From Chloroflexota bacterium (GTDB taxonomy: Bacteria; Chloroflexota; Dehalococcoidia; JAUQQI01), in contig PSKS01000002.1 in NCBI GenBank assembly GCA_040289115.1, positions 28,623 to 92,622 of the forward strand: a stretch of 64,000 nt of DNA, written 5' to 3'. Shown here one piece after another: positions 39,060-49,577 of this stretch. The notes beneath the pieces were generated by a model. It saw nothing but the letters and a program-made list of their open reading frames with translations, did not search any database and was not told where the DNA came from. The position numbers and the translations under genes are program-made. Every line of letters begins with the position of its first letter. Within the stretch, counting starts at the first letter, position 1.

Positions 39060-39638
39060 CTACCGAGGGGGCTGCCCCCCCAGGACGGTCAGCACCCGCC
39101 GAAGCCGCTCCTCCAGGGGCAGGGTATCGGCCAGGGGCACCGCCCGGACCGCCGCAAGGGCCTCGGTGGGGGTGTAGCCCAGGGCTGCCAGGGCGGCCAG
39201 CAGGTCGGCGTCTTCCGGGGAGGCCGCCGGCCGGATCTCCGGAAGCTTCCCCCTCAGCTCAAAGATGAGCCGCTCGGCCGTCTTCTTGCCGATTCCGGGC
39301 ACTGCCGCCAGCAGGGCCACATCCCCGGTCCCCACTGCCTGCCAGAACCGGTCGGGTCCCAGCCGGCCGATAATGCTCAGGGCCACCCGGGGTCCCACCC
39401 GGCTCACATCCAGCAGGACGTTAAACAGGTCTCGCTCGTCCTCGGTGGGAAACCCGTATAGCGTGACGCCGTCCTCCCGAACCTGCAGGGAGGTGAAGGC
39501 CGTGGCCAGCTCCCCGGGCCGGCCAAAGCGGCTGGCGGCCCCAGGGGGGATCACCAGCCGCAGGGTCACCGGCCCGACCTCCAGCGTAAGGGTCTCGGGT
39601 TCTACCCGGCCGATCCGACCGGTAAGGGCTTCAATCAT
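39060..39638 (-). CDS. ruvA: Holliday junction DNA helicase RuvA
   Basis: MIEALTGRI...; the OB domain, helix-hairpin-helix pair and C-terminal domain are present. The start was trimmed to the Met overlapping the ruvC stop. Confidence 0.88.
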   Translation of the reverse strand: MIEALTGRIGRVEPETLTLEVGPVTLRLVIPPGAASRFGRPGELATAFTSLQVREDGVTLYGFPTEDERDLFNVLLDVSRVGPRVALSIIGRLGPDRFWQAVGTGDVALLAAVPGIGKKTAERLIFELRGKLPEIRPAASPEDADLLAALAALGYTPTEALAAVRAVPLADTLPLEERLRRVLTVLGGQPPR

Positions 39639-40126
39639 GGGGCAGCTCCCAGGCGGGCTTCGGCCCGAAAAGCATCGCACAGGGCCACGGCCAAGGCGTC
39701 GGCCACGTCGTCGGGCCGGGGCACCTCCGGTAGGCCAAGGATGATGGCCACCATCTGCCCCACCTGCTCCTTGGGACCCCGGCCGTAGGTGGTCACTGAC
39801 TTCTTGACCTCAAGGGGGGTGTACTCCACCACCGGAACCCCAGCCAGGGCCGCCGCCAGCATCACAACCCCCCTGGCCTGACCGACGGCCATAGCCGTTT
39901 TCGCGTTCCGGGCAAAAAAGACCTCCTCAACAGCCACCCGGTCGGGATGCCAGCGGCCGATGATATCCAGAATCTCCCGGTAGATGGTGCGCAGCCGCTC
40001 GGAGGTGGCGTGACTGGACGGGGTCGTTATCAGGCCATACTCCAGGGCGACGAAATGCCCGTCGGCCTTCGCCACCACCCCGTAGCCGCAGGCAGCTGTC
40101 CCAGGGTCAACCCCAAGGATCCGCAC
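39635..40126 (-). CDS. ruvC: crossover junction endodeoxyribonuclease RuvC
   Basis: MRILGVDPG and catalytic acidic residues match the RuvC family. Confidence 0.9.
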   Translation of the reverse strand: MRILGVDPGTAACGYGVVAKADGHFVALEYGLITTPSSHATSERLRTIYREILDIIGRWHPDRVAVEEVFFARNAKTAMAVGQARGVVMLAAALAGVPVVEYTPLEVKKSVTTYGRGPKEQVGQMVAIILGLPEVPRPDDVADALAVALCDAFRAEARLGAAP

Positions 40127-40128
40127 GA

Positions 40129-40905
40129 TTAGCGGGCGTGGGACCGCTCCTCCGCGGCGAGGGCGGCCACTAAGTCCGGCGGGAACTCGGCATTGGTGTA
40201 AACCCGCTGGACGTCATCCAAGTCTTCCAGCCGCTCCAGCAAGCGGAGAGCCGACTCCGCGTCTTTCCGGTCCAGGGGTATAGTCGCCTTGGGAATGTAG
40301 GCTAGCTCTGCCTGAAGGACCTTAAAGCCCCGGGCTTCTAGCTCCCGCCGCACCCGTTCCAGGTCTTCCGGCTGGGTGTAAATCTCCAGCTCGAGGTCCT
40401 CCACGCGGAAGTCCTCGGCCCCAGCGTCGATGGCTACCAGGGCGATGTCGTCGGGGTTGGCCCCGTCGGCTGAGACAGTAATGACGCCTTTATAGTCAAA
40501 CTGCCAGATGACGGAACCCGCCTCACCAAGGGACCCCCCGCCCTTGGTGAAGGTCGACCTCACCTCCGAGGCTGTCCGGTTGCGGTTGTCGGTGAGGGCC
40601 TGAACCAGGATGGCGATGCCCCCGGGGCCGTAGCCTTCGTAGATTACTTCTTCAAGGGGCGCCTCCCCGGCCTCGGTCCCGCCGACGGCCCGGCGGATGG
40701 CCCGTTCGATGTTCTCCATGGGCATGTTGTGCTCTCGGGCCCGGGCGATGGCGAGCCGCAGCCGGAAGTTGGTCTCTGGGTCCGGACCGCCCTCCCGTAC
40801 CGCCACCGTGATTTCCCGGGCCAGCTTGGTGAAGAGCTGACCCCGGCGGGCGTCGGCTACGCTTTTCTGGCGCTTGATCTGGGCCCACTTGGAATGTCCG
40901 GCCAT
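40129..40905 (-). CDS. yebC: YebC/PmpR family DNA-binding transcriptional regulator
   Basis: MAGHSKWAQIKRQK is the hallmark start. The ATG at 40905 has a GGAGG RBS. The longer upstream ORF is an artefact overlapping parB. Confidence 0.88.
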   Translation of the reverse strand: MAGHSKWAQIKRQKSVADARRGQLFTKLAREITVAVREGGPDPETNFRLRLAIARAREHNMPMENIERAIRRAVGGTEAGEAPLEEVIYEGYGPGGIAILVQALTDNRNRTASEVRSTFTKGGGSLGEAGSVIWQFDYKGVITVSADGANPDDIALVAIDAGAEDFRVEDLELEIYTQPEDLERVRRELEARGFKVLQAELAYIPKATIPLDRKDAESALRLLERLEDLDDVQRVYTNAEFPPDLVAALAAEERSHAR

Positions 40906-40948
40906 CGCTCCTCCCCTAGCCGAGTATAATTTGACCTTGAAAAATATG

Positions 40949-41821
40949 TCAAGAATCGACCAAGTCGGCCCGGGATCCTTCCAGGAGCCCCAAACGTTCC
41001 AGAAGTTCGTTAAGCTGTTCGGTCGAGTAAAAATGGATAACCAGCCGGCCGGCCCCACGCCGGTTCTGTCGCACCACCACCCGGGTTCCCAGCCGGGCCG
41101 TAAGCTCCGATGCCAGGGCCGCCAGCCCGTCGTCCCCTTCCGGCGCCTCGGCCGGCTGTTCTCCCCACCGGCGGACGAGCTCCTCCGTCTGTCGGACGTT
41201 AAGGCCCCGCCGGACCACCTCCCCCAGGGCCAGCACCTGGTCCCCGGGCTCAAGGCCCAGCAGGGCCCGGGCGTGGCCCTCGGTTATCTCCCCAGCCGCC
41301 AGGGCCGCCCGCACCTCGGGGGCCGCCTCCAGCAGCCTGAGGGTATTGGCAACGGCTGACCGGCTGCGGCCCACCCGCCGGGCCACCTCCTCCTGGCTCA
41401 GCCCAAACCGGTCGATAAGCTCCCGGAAGGCCTCGGCTTCCTCCAGGGGATTGAGGTCGGCCCGCTGGAGGTTCTCCACCAGCGCCATTACCAGCCCCTC
41501 GGCCGGGGTCGCCTCCCGCACTACGGCCGGAATCGTCGTCAGCCCGGCCTCGACGGCCGCCCGCCAGCGCCGCTCCCCGGCCACCAGCCTGTAGACCGTC
41601 TGCTCGCCCTCCCGCACCTCGGAGACGACCACCGGCTGCAGGATACCGTGCTCCCGGACGCTGGCCACCAGCTCCTGAAAACGCTCGTCCGCTACGAACC
41701 GGCGGGGCTGGTAAGGATTGGGTCGGATGGCACCCACCGGGAGGTTAACTAGCCCCGGGCCGCCCCGGCCCAGCAGGGCCCCTAACCCCCGCCCCAAGGG
41801 TCGGCGGCGCTCGTCAGGCAC
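40949..41821 (-). CDS. parB: chromosome partitioning protein ParB/Spo0J
   Basis: The ParB N-domain GERRWRAA and HTH match ParB. It overlaps the parA 3' end. Confidence 0.88.
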   Translation of the reverse strand: MPDERRRPLGRGLGALLGRGGPGLVNLPVGAIRPNPYQPRRFVADERFQELVASVREHGILQPVVVSEVREGEQTVYRLVAGERRWRAAVEAGLTTIPAVVREATPAEGLVMALVENLQRADLNPLEEAEAFRELIDRFGLSQEEVARRVGRSRSAVANTLRLLEAAPEVRAALAAGEITEGHARALLGLEPGDQVLALGEVVRRGLNVRQTEELVRRWGEQPAEAPEGDDGLAALASELTARLGTRVVVRQNRRGAGRLVIHFYSTEQLNELLERLGLLEGSRADLVDS

Positions 41822-42605
41822 GGCTTGCCTCCTCCGCAGTAAGTTTTGCCAGCAGCCGGTCCATAAGCTCCAAGGCTAGGGCCTCATAGGCCCTAGCCCC
41901 CGGCGAAGTGGGCGCATACTCCCGGATGGTTCGCCCAAAGCTTGGGGCCTCGCCCAGCCGCACGTTCCGGGGAATCACGGTGTCAAAAGTCTCGGGGAAG
42001 AACCGGCGCACCTCCTCCACCACCTGGCGGCTCAAGCCCAGCCGGCCGTCGAACATGGTGAGCACTACCCCAGTCAGCATCAGCCCCGGGTTAAGCTCGG
42101 CCCGGACCAGGGAAAGGGTCCGGCTCAGGCTAGCCAGCCCCTCCAGGGCCAGAAACTCGCACTGGACCGGCACCAGCACCCCGTCGGCAGCGGCCAGGCC
42201 GTTCACAGTAAGAATCCCCAGGGATGGGGGGCAGTCGACAAGGACCAGGTCGTAGCCGCTTTTTATTTCGGCCAGGGCCAACCGAAGCCGCAGCCGGCCG
42301 TCGGGCAGGCCCAACAGCTCCACCTCCGCCCCGGCCAGGTCGGGCCCCGAGGCCAGGATGTCCAGCCTGTAAGGGCGAGCCGGAACAATAAGGCCAGGGG
42401 TCCGGGGCGGGTCCAGCAGGGCCAGATAGACGGGCGGCGGCGACGCCGACTCGAGGCCCAGGGACGTGGTCAGATTGCCCTGGGGGTCCAGGTCCACCAC
42501 CAGGACCCTGGAGCCGGCGGCCGCTAGAAAGTCCGCCAGGCTCACCGCCGTGGTCGTCTTTCCCACCCCGCCCTTCTGGTTGGCGACAGTGATTACCAGG
42601 CCCAT
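41814..42605 (-). CDS. parA: chromosome partitioning ATPase ParA/Soj
   Basis: Deviant Walker A KGGVGKTT. The start was placed at the internal MGLVITVANQKGG. Confidence 0.88.
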   Translation of the reverse strand: MGLVITVANQKGGVGKTTTAVSLADFLAAAGSRVLVVDLDPQGNLTTSLGLESASPPPVYLALLDPPRTPGLIVPARPYRLDILASGPDLAGAEVELLGLPDGRLRLRLALAEIKSGYDLVLVDCPPSLGILTVNGLAAADGVLVPVQCEFLALEGLASLSRTLSLVRAELNPGLMLTGVVLTMFDGRLGLSRQVVEEVRRFFPETFDTVIPRNVRLGEAPSFGRTIREYAPTSPGARAYEALALELMDRLLAKLTAEEASRA

Positions 42606-42735
42606 CAGCCCAAAACCTGCCTTCGCGCCCAGTATATCTCTGGCCGCCACCGCCCGACAAGACCGGCCGTTGCCGCCGAGCCGGGGTCTAACTTAAAATC
42701 AACGAGTCGGGCCCACATAGCCGTGAAAGGAGGTC

Positions 42736-43740
42736 TTGACCGTGCAGGTTACCGTCTGGGGTGCCGGCGCCATCGGGGGTGTCGTTGGGGCGTGGCTGGT
42801 GCGGGGCGGGGTCGACGTCCTTTTCGTCGACCAGGACTCCACCCACGTGGACGCCATGAACCGCAACGGCCTATTTATTGACGGCATCCGGGGCGAGTTC
42901 AGGGTGCCAGTAAAAGCTGTCCTCCCCGACCAGGTAACGGGCACCATCGACACCGTTTTGCTGGCCGTAAAGTGCCTTCACACCGAAACCGCCGTCCGGC
43001 AGATGATGCCCCACTTGGGACCCGACTCGGCCGTCGTCTCCCTTCAGAACGGCCTTAACGAGGAGCTCATCGCCCAACTTATCGGCCCAGACCGGACCGT
43101 CGGCTGCTTCGTCAACTTCGCGGCCGACTGGCAGGCCCCCGGCCACATCCGTCACGGGGGCGAGCACCCCCTCTACATCGGCGAGCTGGACGGCCGCCGC
43201 ACCGACCGGGTCGAAGCCCTTCGGGAACTCCTCTCCCGATTTTGCGAAACCGTTGTCACCGAAAACATCTGGGGTTACCTGTGGTCTAAGCTGGCCTACG
43301 CCTCGGTCCTGTTTGCCACGGCCTTGGTCGACGCCCACGTCTACGACGTCGTCGCCGACCCCATCGCCCGACCCGTGCTGGCCGGGCTGGCCCGGGAGGT
43401 CCTGGCCGTGGCCCGGGCCCATGGGGTAAAGCCGGAGCGGCTGGTAGAATTCTGGCCCGACGAGTTCGAGGGGGGCGAATACGACCGGGCGTTCGAACGG
43501 ATCGCCGCCCACTACCGGGGCCAGCTGAAAACCAAGACGGGCATCTGGCGGGACCTGGCCGTTCGCAGGCGGCGAACGGAGGTCGACTGCCAGGTAGGGG
43601 TAGCCATCCGGAAGGGGGCAGCGGTGGGCCTCGACCTCCCCCTGAACCGCCGGCTCCAGGCCCTTATCCACGAGCTGGAGGCCGGAACCCGGTCAATGGA
43701 CTGGGCGAATTTTCGGGCGTTCGGTCCCGTTGTAGCCTAA
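42736..43740 (+). CDS. 2-dehydropantoate 2-reductase (PanE/ApbA) family protein
   Basis: N-terminal Rossmann VWGAGAIGG and the ketopantoate reductase C-terminal domain are present. Confidence 0.75.
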   Translation: MTVQVTVWGAGAIGGVVGAWLVRGGVDVLFVDQDSTHVDAMNRNGLFIDGIRGEFRVPVKAVLPDQVTGTIDTVLLAVKCLHTETAVRQMMPHLGPDSAVVSLQNGLNEELIAQLIGPDRTVGCFVNFAADWQAPGHIRHGGEHPLYIGELDGRRTDRVEALRELLSRFCETVVTENIWGYLWSKLAYASVLFATALVDAHVYDVVADPIARPVLAGLAREVLAVARAHGVKPERLVEFWPDEFEGGEYDRAFERIAAHYRGQLKTKTGIWRDLAVRRRRTEVDCQVGVAIRKGAAVGLDLPLNRRLQALIHELEAGTRSMDWANFRAFGPVVA

Positions 43741-43769
43741 CCCAAAACCACCGTCGGCGGAGGGGAACT

Positions 43770-44555
43770 ATGGACTTCGGACTTCGGGGCAAAGTTGCCA
43801 TTGTAACCGGGGGCAGCGAGGGCATCGGCAAGGCCATCGCCGCCCGGCTGGTGGCCGAGGGAGCCAATGTGGTCATCTGCGCCCGCCGGCCCGACGTCCT
43901 TGCCCAGGCCGCGGCGGAGATCCGCAAGCAGGGCCCCGGCCAAGTCGTTCCCGTTCAGGCCGACGTGACCCGGCCCGAAGACATCGAGCGGGTGGTCCGA
44001 ACCACACTGGAAACCTTCGGCCGCATTGACATCCTGGTGAACAATGCCGGCCGCAGCAACGCCCACCCGTTCGAGGCCGTCGACGATGCCACCTGGCAGG
44101 AAGACCTGGACCTGAAACTAATGGCCTGGGTGAGATTTGCCCGGCTGGTGGTGCCCGAGATGCGCAGAAACGGGGGCGGCCGTATCATCAACATCGCCAT
44201 GGTGGGAGGCAAGGCCCCTGGCCCCCGCTCAGTTCCGACCACGGTGAGCCGGGCCGCCGGTATCGCCCTCACCAAGGCCCTCTCTAAGGAGCTGGCCGCC
44301 GATAAGATCCTGGTCAACGCCGTCTGCGTCGGCCTCATCAAAAGCGGCCAGATGCGCCGCCGCTGGGAGCGAAACTTCGCCGACAAAATGACCTTGGACG
44401 AGTGGTACGCCCAGCTGGGGAAGGATATACCCCTGGGTCGGGTAGGGGAGGCGGAGGAAGTGGCCGACCTGGTGGCTTTCCTCGCCTCGGAGCGGGCGTC
44501 CTATATCACCGGGGCAGCCATAAACTGCGACGGGGGCCTCTCACCCATCGTCTGA
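43770..44555 (+). CDS. SDR family oxidoreductase (3-oxoacyl-ACP reductase FabG-like)
   Basis: TGGSEGIG cofactor motif, NNAG, and the Y-x3-K catalytic pair are present. Confidence 0.8.
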   Translation: MDFGLRGKVAIVTGGSEGIGKAIAARLVAEGANVVICARRPDVLAQAAAEIRKQGPGQVVPVQADVTRPEDIERVVRTTLETFGRIDILVNNAGRSNAHPFEAVDDATWQEDLDLKLMAWVRFARLVVPEMRRNGGGRIINIAMVGGKAPGPRSVPTTVSRAAGIALTKALSKELAADKILVNAVCVGLIKSGQMRRRWERNFADKMTLDEWYAQLGKDIPLGRVGEAEEVADLVAFLASERASYITGAAINCDGGLSPIV

Positions 44556-44559
44556 AGCC

Positions 44560-45120
44560 CCATGGAGCCCAAACCGCCCCCCTAACCCCTGGGTGGTCCC
44601 AGCGCCCTGCGGCCTGGTCCGGACGGTCGCTTCGGCCCTGGCCGGGGGCGTGGTCGGGGGCCTTCTGGCCGACCGTTTCGGCCACAAGCCCGTCCTGGCG
44701 GTTGCCAGTCTGCTTATCGCTCTGATTCTGGCCCAGCTTCCCGGCGCCGTTGCCGCTGGCTTGCCGATAGCCTGGGACGGCGTCCGACCATCATCCTCTT
44801 TCTGGCGGGGTGCGCCGCGGCCTGCGCCGGCCTTGCCCTGAGTCCCAGGGGTCTGCCCACCGCCCTCTTCACCAGTCCGCTGGGCTTCACTAACATTGGC
44901 GCTCTACACACTGGAGCTTTACCCCATCGCCCTACGAGCTACCGGGGCGGGGGCGGCCAGAAGCGTCGGCCGCATCGGAGCAGTCAGGGTCTCATACCTG
45001 GTGGGACTCCTGGCCAGGCCCCTGGGGTTTCAGGGCAGCCTTTTCCGTCTTCGGCGTCCTGCTGCTCCTTGGGGCCGTGGCCACGGCCCTCCTGGCCGAG
45101 GAAACTCGGGCCGAACCTTA
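44560..45120 (+). pseudogene. degraded MFS transporter remnant (C-terminal half only, several frameshifts)
   Basis: MFS-like segments are spread over three frames: GLLADRFGHKP, LADSLGRRPTIILF, YTLELYPIALRATGAG..GRIGA, and the end AFSVFGVLLLLGAVATALLAEETRAEP*. The frame is open back into the upstream SDR gene, so the N-terminal half is missing. Confidence 0.5.
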
Positions 45121-45152
45121 GAGCAGATTTCGGGCGGTTAGCGGCCCGGCCC

Positions 45153-45965
45153 TCAGCGGCCCACCAGCCGGACGTAGATGGTCAGGAGCAACCGGAGAAC
45201 CGCCGTGGCGACGAAGCCATAGTGTTTGGCGTAAAAGGCCAGTAGGCTCTGCCGGTAGACCCGGCTTACCGCCCATCGGTCCGGCTGGCTGGCCCCTCCC
45301 AGGTGGGTCACTTGCCAGCGGGGGTCGTAGACCACCCGCCAGCCAGCGCGGCGGACCCGTAAACACCAGTCGTTGTCCTCGAAATAGAGAAAAAAGCGTT
45401 CGTCCAGAAGGCCGACCCGTTCCAGCACTTCCCGCCGGGTCGCCAGACAGGCCCCCGAAACCCAGTCCACCTCGGTCGGCTGGGTTATACCCCAGTCGTG
45501 GAGGGGCCCCTTCCGCCGGAGCGCCCGCCAGCCCCGGCGGAGAAGGTAACCTAGAGTGGGATCCTGCCCGAAAGCAAAGGGCTGCGGCTCCCCAGCTGCC
45601 GTTCGCAGACCGGGGGAGAGGGCCCCAATGTCTGGGTTTTCCCGCAGGACCCGGGCCAAGGCCAGCAGGACCTGCGGCGGAACGAAGACGTCGCTGTTGA
45701 GCAGGACAATGACCTCTCCCCGGGCCATCCGCAGGCCCAAATTGCTCCCACCGGCGTAGCCCAGATTCCGCTGGCTCCGCACCACCCTTGCGGCCGGAAA
45801 GCGGTCCGCCACCGCGTCGGCCGTGCCATCGGAGGAGCCGTTATCCACCACGATGACTTCCCAGCCGGCCGCCGTGGCATCGTCGTAAAAGCCCTCAATA
45901 CAACTTAACGTTAGGTTCCGAGTGTTAAAACTGATTACTAAGACCGAAAGCTCCGGGGCCTTCAT
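45153..45965 (-). CDS. family 2 glycosyltransferase (polyprenyl-phosphate sugar synthase-like)
   Basis: LSVLVISFN..VIVVDNGSSDGT..NLGYAGGSN and a DxD-like NSD match GT2. A hydrophobic C-terminal segment is present. Confidence 0.8.
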   Translation of the reverse strand: MKAPELSVLVISFNTRNLTLSCIEGFYDDATAAGWEVIVVDNGSSDGTADAVADRFPAARVVRSQRNLGYAGGSNLGLRMARGEVIVLLNSDVFVPPQVLLALARVLRENPDIGALSPGLRTAAGEPQPFAFGQDPTLGYLLRRGWRALRRKGPLHDWGITQPTEVDWVSGACLATRREVLERVGLLDERFFLYFEDNDWCLRVRRAGWRVVYDPRWQVTHLGGASQPDRWAVSRVYRQSLLAFYAKHYGFVATAVLRLLLTIYVRLVGR

Positions 45966-47068
45966 CCCGCCAGCGCCCGGTAAAATTCGGCCGTCCGGGC
46001 GGCGATGCGCTCCTGGCTGTAATGGGCCAGGACCCGGGCATAGCCCCGCTCCCCCAGATCCCGCCGGAGCTCGGGGGAGTCCCAGAGCCTTTGCAGGCAG
46101 CCCGCTAGGGCTGCCGCATCCCCTTCGGGAAAGATTAGGCCGGCATCGCCTACCACCTCGGGAATGGCCCCCGAATCCGAGCCCACGACCGGGACCTTAC
46201 AGGCCATGGCTTCGAGGAGGACCCGGCCCAGCTGTTCTTTCCAGACCCGGGTCGTCCGGGACGGCAAAACCAGCACGTCTACCCGAGCGAGCACCTCCGG
46301 GATGCGGTCGGCCGGCACGGGCGGAAGCCACTCCACCCGGTCCCCCAGGCCCAGGCTTGTCGCCAGCCCTTGAAGGCCGGACCGGGCCGGTCCATCCCCA
46401 ACGACCCGCAACCGCACGCCCGGCCCCAGCTGGCTCACCGCCTCAAGGAGGGTGTCAAGGCCCTTTTCGGGAACCAGGCGGCCAACGTAGGCCACCACGA
46501 ATGGCCCGAAGGTCGGCGGCCGCTCCGCCGGTCGGAAGAGACGGGTATCCACCCCCACCTGTGGAATGACGGCCGCTAGCCCCCGGTACCCCATCTCCCG
46601 CAGGACCCGGAGGGCCCCATCGGTGGCGCAGAGAACGGCCTGGGCCTGACCCAAGGCCAGCCGGATGACCGCCCAGACGTGGGGCTTTTTCGGCCGGTTC
46701 AGGTTCTGCCAGGTGTGAAGAACCAGTTTGGCCCGGGGCGCAAACAATTTCCTGGCCAGGGTAATCTGCAGGGTCGCCAGGCTATCGGGCTCCTCTTCGG
46801 CGTGAATCAGGTGGGGCCGGGTGGTGGGTAGCCAGAAGCTGAGCGTCCGGTAGAGGGCCCGGTGAGGGTCATTGGGGCGCCCCACCATGGGCACTGTCCG
46901 GACTCGACAGCCTGGTACCTGCGGGCGGAGGGCAACCCGGCCGTACTCGTCCTGCCAAACCGCCGGTCGAATCAGCCAGAGCTCCAGGTCGGGCTGGGCC
47001 CCCAGCCACACCAGCTTCCCTTCGGCAACCGGCGCTGGGTACCGGGCAATATGAAGGACCCGGATCAA
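45962..47068 (-). CDS. family 4 (GT-B) glycosyltransferase
   Basis: GT1/GT4 C-terminal domain with GRLVPEKG and E-x7-E (EAMACKVPVVGSDSGAIPE). Confidence 0.8.
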   Translation of the reverse strand: MIRVLHIARYPAPVAEGKLVWLGAQPDLELWLIRPAVWQDEYGRVALRPQVPGCRVRTVPMVGRPNDPHRALYRTLSFWLPTTRPHLIHAEEEPDSLATLQITLARKLFAPRAKLVLHTWQNLNRPKKPHVWAVIRLALGQAQAVLCATDGALRVLREMGYRGLAAVIPQVGVDTRLFRPAERPPTFGPFVVAYVGRLVPEKGLDTLLEAVSQLGPGVRLRVVGDGPARSGLQGLATSLGLGDRVEWLPPVPADRIPEVLARVDVLVLPSRTTRVWKEQLGRVLLEAMACKVPVVGSDSGAIPEVVGDAGLIFPEGDAAALAGCLQRLWDSPELRRDLGERGYARVLAHYSQERIAARTAEFYRALAG

Positions 47069-47086
47069 GGCTTAAAGGGCAGCCCC

Positions 47087-47461
47087 TTAGCGGCGGTCGG
47101 ACTTTCCCGCCGACTTGCGGTAATAATAAACGAATTGATAGCCTAGGTAGGCCGTCAGGACTACCAGCACCCCTAGGACCAAATAAACAAGCAAGGGATG
47201 GTACTGCAGTTCCGAACCGCTGGCGACCAGGCCGCTCAGATAGAGGGTCCGAATCCCCAGGAAGATGGCGAAGGTCAGAAAGACGGCGGCCAAAAGCCGA
47301 TGAAGAAGGGCGCGCAGGGCAACCCGGAACTCCCGGGTGGCCGGTTCCAGCGCCCGCACGCCCGCCCGCATTCCGGCTTTAACTTCCGGGCGGTTGAGGG
47401 TCTGCCGGTAGCGGGAGAGGGCAAAGAAGAACGAGATGATGCCGACCAACACCCGAACCAT
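47087..47461 (-). CDS. small integral membrane protein (GtrA/DUF2304-like candidate), 124 aa
   Basis: Three predicted TM helices. It is co-oriented immediately downstream of GT4/GT2. Confidence 0.45.
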   Translation of the reverse strand: MVRVLVGIISFFFALSRYRQTLNRPEVKAGMRAGVRALEPATREFRVALRALLHRLLAAVFLTFAIFLGIRTLYLSGLVASGSELQYHPLLVYLVLGVLVVLTAYLGYQFVYYYRKSAGKSDRR

Positions 47462-47617
47462 CGCCCGCCGGATTATACCACAGGCAATGGTATAATTTCG
47501 ATAGGACCGGTCCCGGGCTTTCTTAAGACACCGCCGGGCATACCCTCAAGCACAGGGCGCCCGTCAGGGACGGGCGCCGAAAGCCTGGCCCCGGCCGGAA
47601 AGAACGCGCATTTAGCC

Positions 47618-48718
47618 ATGGACCGTAATTTGACTGAACGCCTCCGGGCCATCGAAGAACGCTACGAGCAGCTAAGCCTTCAGCTCACGGACCCGGCCGT
47701 TCTGGTTGACCCGGGCCAGATTCAGGCCCTGGCCCGGGAGCAGCGGGAGCTGGGCCCGTTGGTGGATTATTACCGTCAGTATAGGCAAGCAATCAAGCGC
47801 TACGCTGAGGCCAAGCAGATCCTTGAGGAAGAGGACGACGAAGAGCTTCGTCAGCTCGCCCGGGAGGAGCTTTCCGAGCTGGAGGACCGGATCCAGCACC
47901 TGGAACAGGAGATCAAGCTGGCCCTCCTGCCCAAGGATCCCAACGACGAGCGGGATGTCATTATGGAGATCCGGGCCGGGGCTGGGGGCGAGGAGGCCGC
48001 CCTCTTTGCCGCTGACCTCTTCCGGATGTATCACCGGTATGCCGAGCGGAAAGGCTGGAAGGTGGAGGTGGTCGACGCCCACGAAAGCGACGTTGGCGGC
48101 TTCAAGGAGGTCATCTTCGAGGTTAAAGGTCACGGTGCCTACAGCCGCCTCAAGTACGAAAGCGGCGTGCACCGGGTCCAGCGGGTCCCCGTTACCGAGG
48201 CCTCGGGCCGCATCCACACCTCCACCGCCACCGTGGCGGTGCTCCCGGAGGTTGAGGAAGTTGAGGTTCACCTTGACCCCGACGACCTCGAGATCGAGGT
48301 GTTCCGGGCCAGCGGCCCCGGCGGCCAGAACGTCCAGAAAAACTCCACCGCCGTCCGGGTGATTCATAAGCCCACGGGTCTGGTGGTGGTCTGCCAGGAC
48401 CAGCGCTCCCAGTTCCAGAACAAGATGCGGGCCCTGGCAGTCCTGAGGGCCCGGCTCTACGACATGGAGCGCCGCCGCCTGGAGGAGACCGTGGCCCAGG
48501 CCCGGCGCCAGCAGGTCGGGACCGGGGAGCGGGCCGAGAAGATCCGCACCTACAACTTCCCACAGAACCGGGTCACCGACCACCGGATCGGCCTCACCCT
48601 CTACAACCTGGAGGGCGTCCTCTCGGGCGAAGACCTGGACACCATCATCGACGCCCTCATCACCGCCGACCGGGTGGCCCGGCTCGAGGCCGAACTCCGG
48701 AATGGTCAGCCGGCGTGA
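47618..48718 (+). CDS. prfA: peptide chain release factor 1
   Basis: PVT tripeptide anticodon motif and GGQ ([10 protein letters not shown]) are present. The start was set to the ATG at 47618. Confidence 0.9.
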   Translation: MDRNLTERLRAIEERYEQLSLQLTDPAVLVDPGQIQALAREQRELGPLVDYYRQYRQAIKRYAEAKQILEEEDDEELRQLAREELSELEDRIQHLEQEIKLALLPKDPNDERDVIMEIRAGAGGEEAALFAADLFRMYHRYAERKGWKVEVVDAHESDVGGFKEVIFEVKGHGAYSRLKYESGVHRVQRVPVTEASGRIHTSTATVAVLPEVEEVEVHLDPDDLEIEVFRASGPGGQNVQKNSTAVRVIHKPTGLVVVCQDQRSQFQNKMRALAVLRARLYDMERRRLEETVAQARRQQVGTGERAEKIRTYNFPQNRVTDHRIGLTLYNLEGVLSGEDLDTIIDALITADRVARLEAELRNGQPA

Positions 48719-49577
48719 GCTTCGCCGGGCGCTGCGCCGCCGCCTCGGGCCCGTTACCGAAGACCCGGAGCTTGAGGCTGACCTCATCCTGGCCCAGGCC
48801 CTTGGAATCACCCGGACCGACCTCCTGGCCCACCCAGACGTTCCCATCGCCCCCGACCAACTCGGGGCGGCGGAACGGCTGACAGCCTGCCGTCTCCAGG
48901 GTAAGCCCCTCCCCTACGTCCTGGGGGAGTGGGAGTTTTACGGCTATCGGCTTAAGGTTACCCCGGCCGTCCTGATCCCCCGGCCGGAGACCGAAACCCT
49001 GGTGGAGGCCGCCTTGGCGGCCATCCCACCCGACGCCCGGGGGCTTGTCGTCGACGTGGGCACGGGGTCGGGGGCGGTGGCCATCGCCCTGGCCGGAATT
49101 AGACCCGGCCTAACCGTCCTGGCCACCGACATCTCCGGGGCGGCCGTCGCCGTTGCCCGGGAGAATGCGGCCCGCTACGGGCTTGAGGGCCGGGTGGAGT
49201 TTTACATCGGGGACTTGCTTTTGCCGGTTAAAGACCGGCTCGAGTCAAGCGCCCCCCTGGCCGTCGTCGCTAACCTCCCCTATGTCCCCTCCGCCGAGGC
49301 GGCCAAGCTACTTTGGGAGCCAGCCATCGCCCTGGACGGGGGTCCCGACGGCCTTGACGTCATCCGCCGGTTCCTGGATCAGGCCTCGGCCCTCCTACCC
49401 CCAGGGGTCAAGGTCTTCATTGAAATCGGCTACGGCCAGGCCGAGGCAGTCAGGGCCGAGGTCCGTCGCCGCTTTCCCAACGCCGCCGTAAGCTTCTGGC
49501 CGGACCTGGCCGGCATCCCCCGGGTAGCCACCTTCGCAACGGGCCGGGCTCAGGGGCCCCTGGGCCGCACTTCGTAA
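48702..49577 (+). CDS. prmC: release factor glutamine N5-methyltransferase PrmC (HemK)
   Basis: SAM motif [12 protein letters not shown] and catalytic NLPY. It overlaps prfA by 17 nt. Confidence 0.88.
   Translation: MVSRRELRRALRRRLGPVTEDPELEADLILAQALGITRTDLLAHPDVPIAPDQLGAAERLTACRLQGKPLPYVLGEWEFYGYRLKVTPAVLIPRPETETLVEAALAAIPPDARGLVVDVGTGSGAVAIALAGIRPGLTVLATDISGAAVAVARENAARYGLEGRVEFYIGDLLLPVKDRLESSAPLAVVANLPYVPSAEAAKLLWEPAIALDGGPDGLDVIRRFLDQASALLPPGVKVFIEIGYGQAEAVRAEVRRRFPNAAVSFWPDLAGIPRVATFATGRAQGPLGRTS

Noticed and set aside
40906-41253. N-terminal 116-aa extension of the YebC ORF in the track
   Set aside because: It overlaps parB by about 300 nt. The canonical YebC start MAGHSKW with a GGAGG RBS is at 40905.
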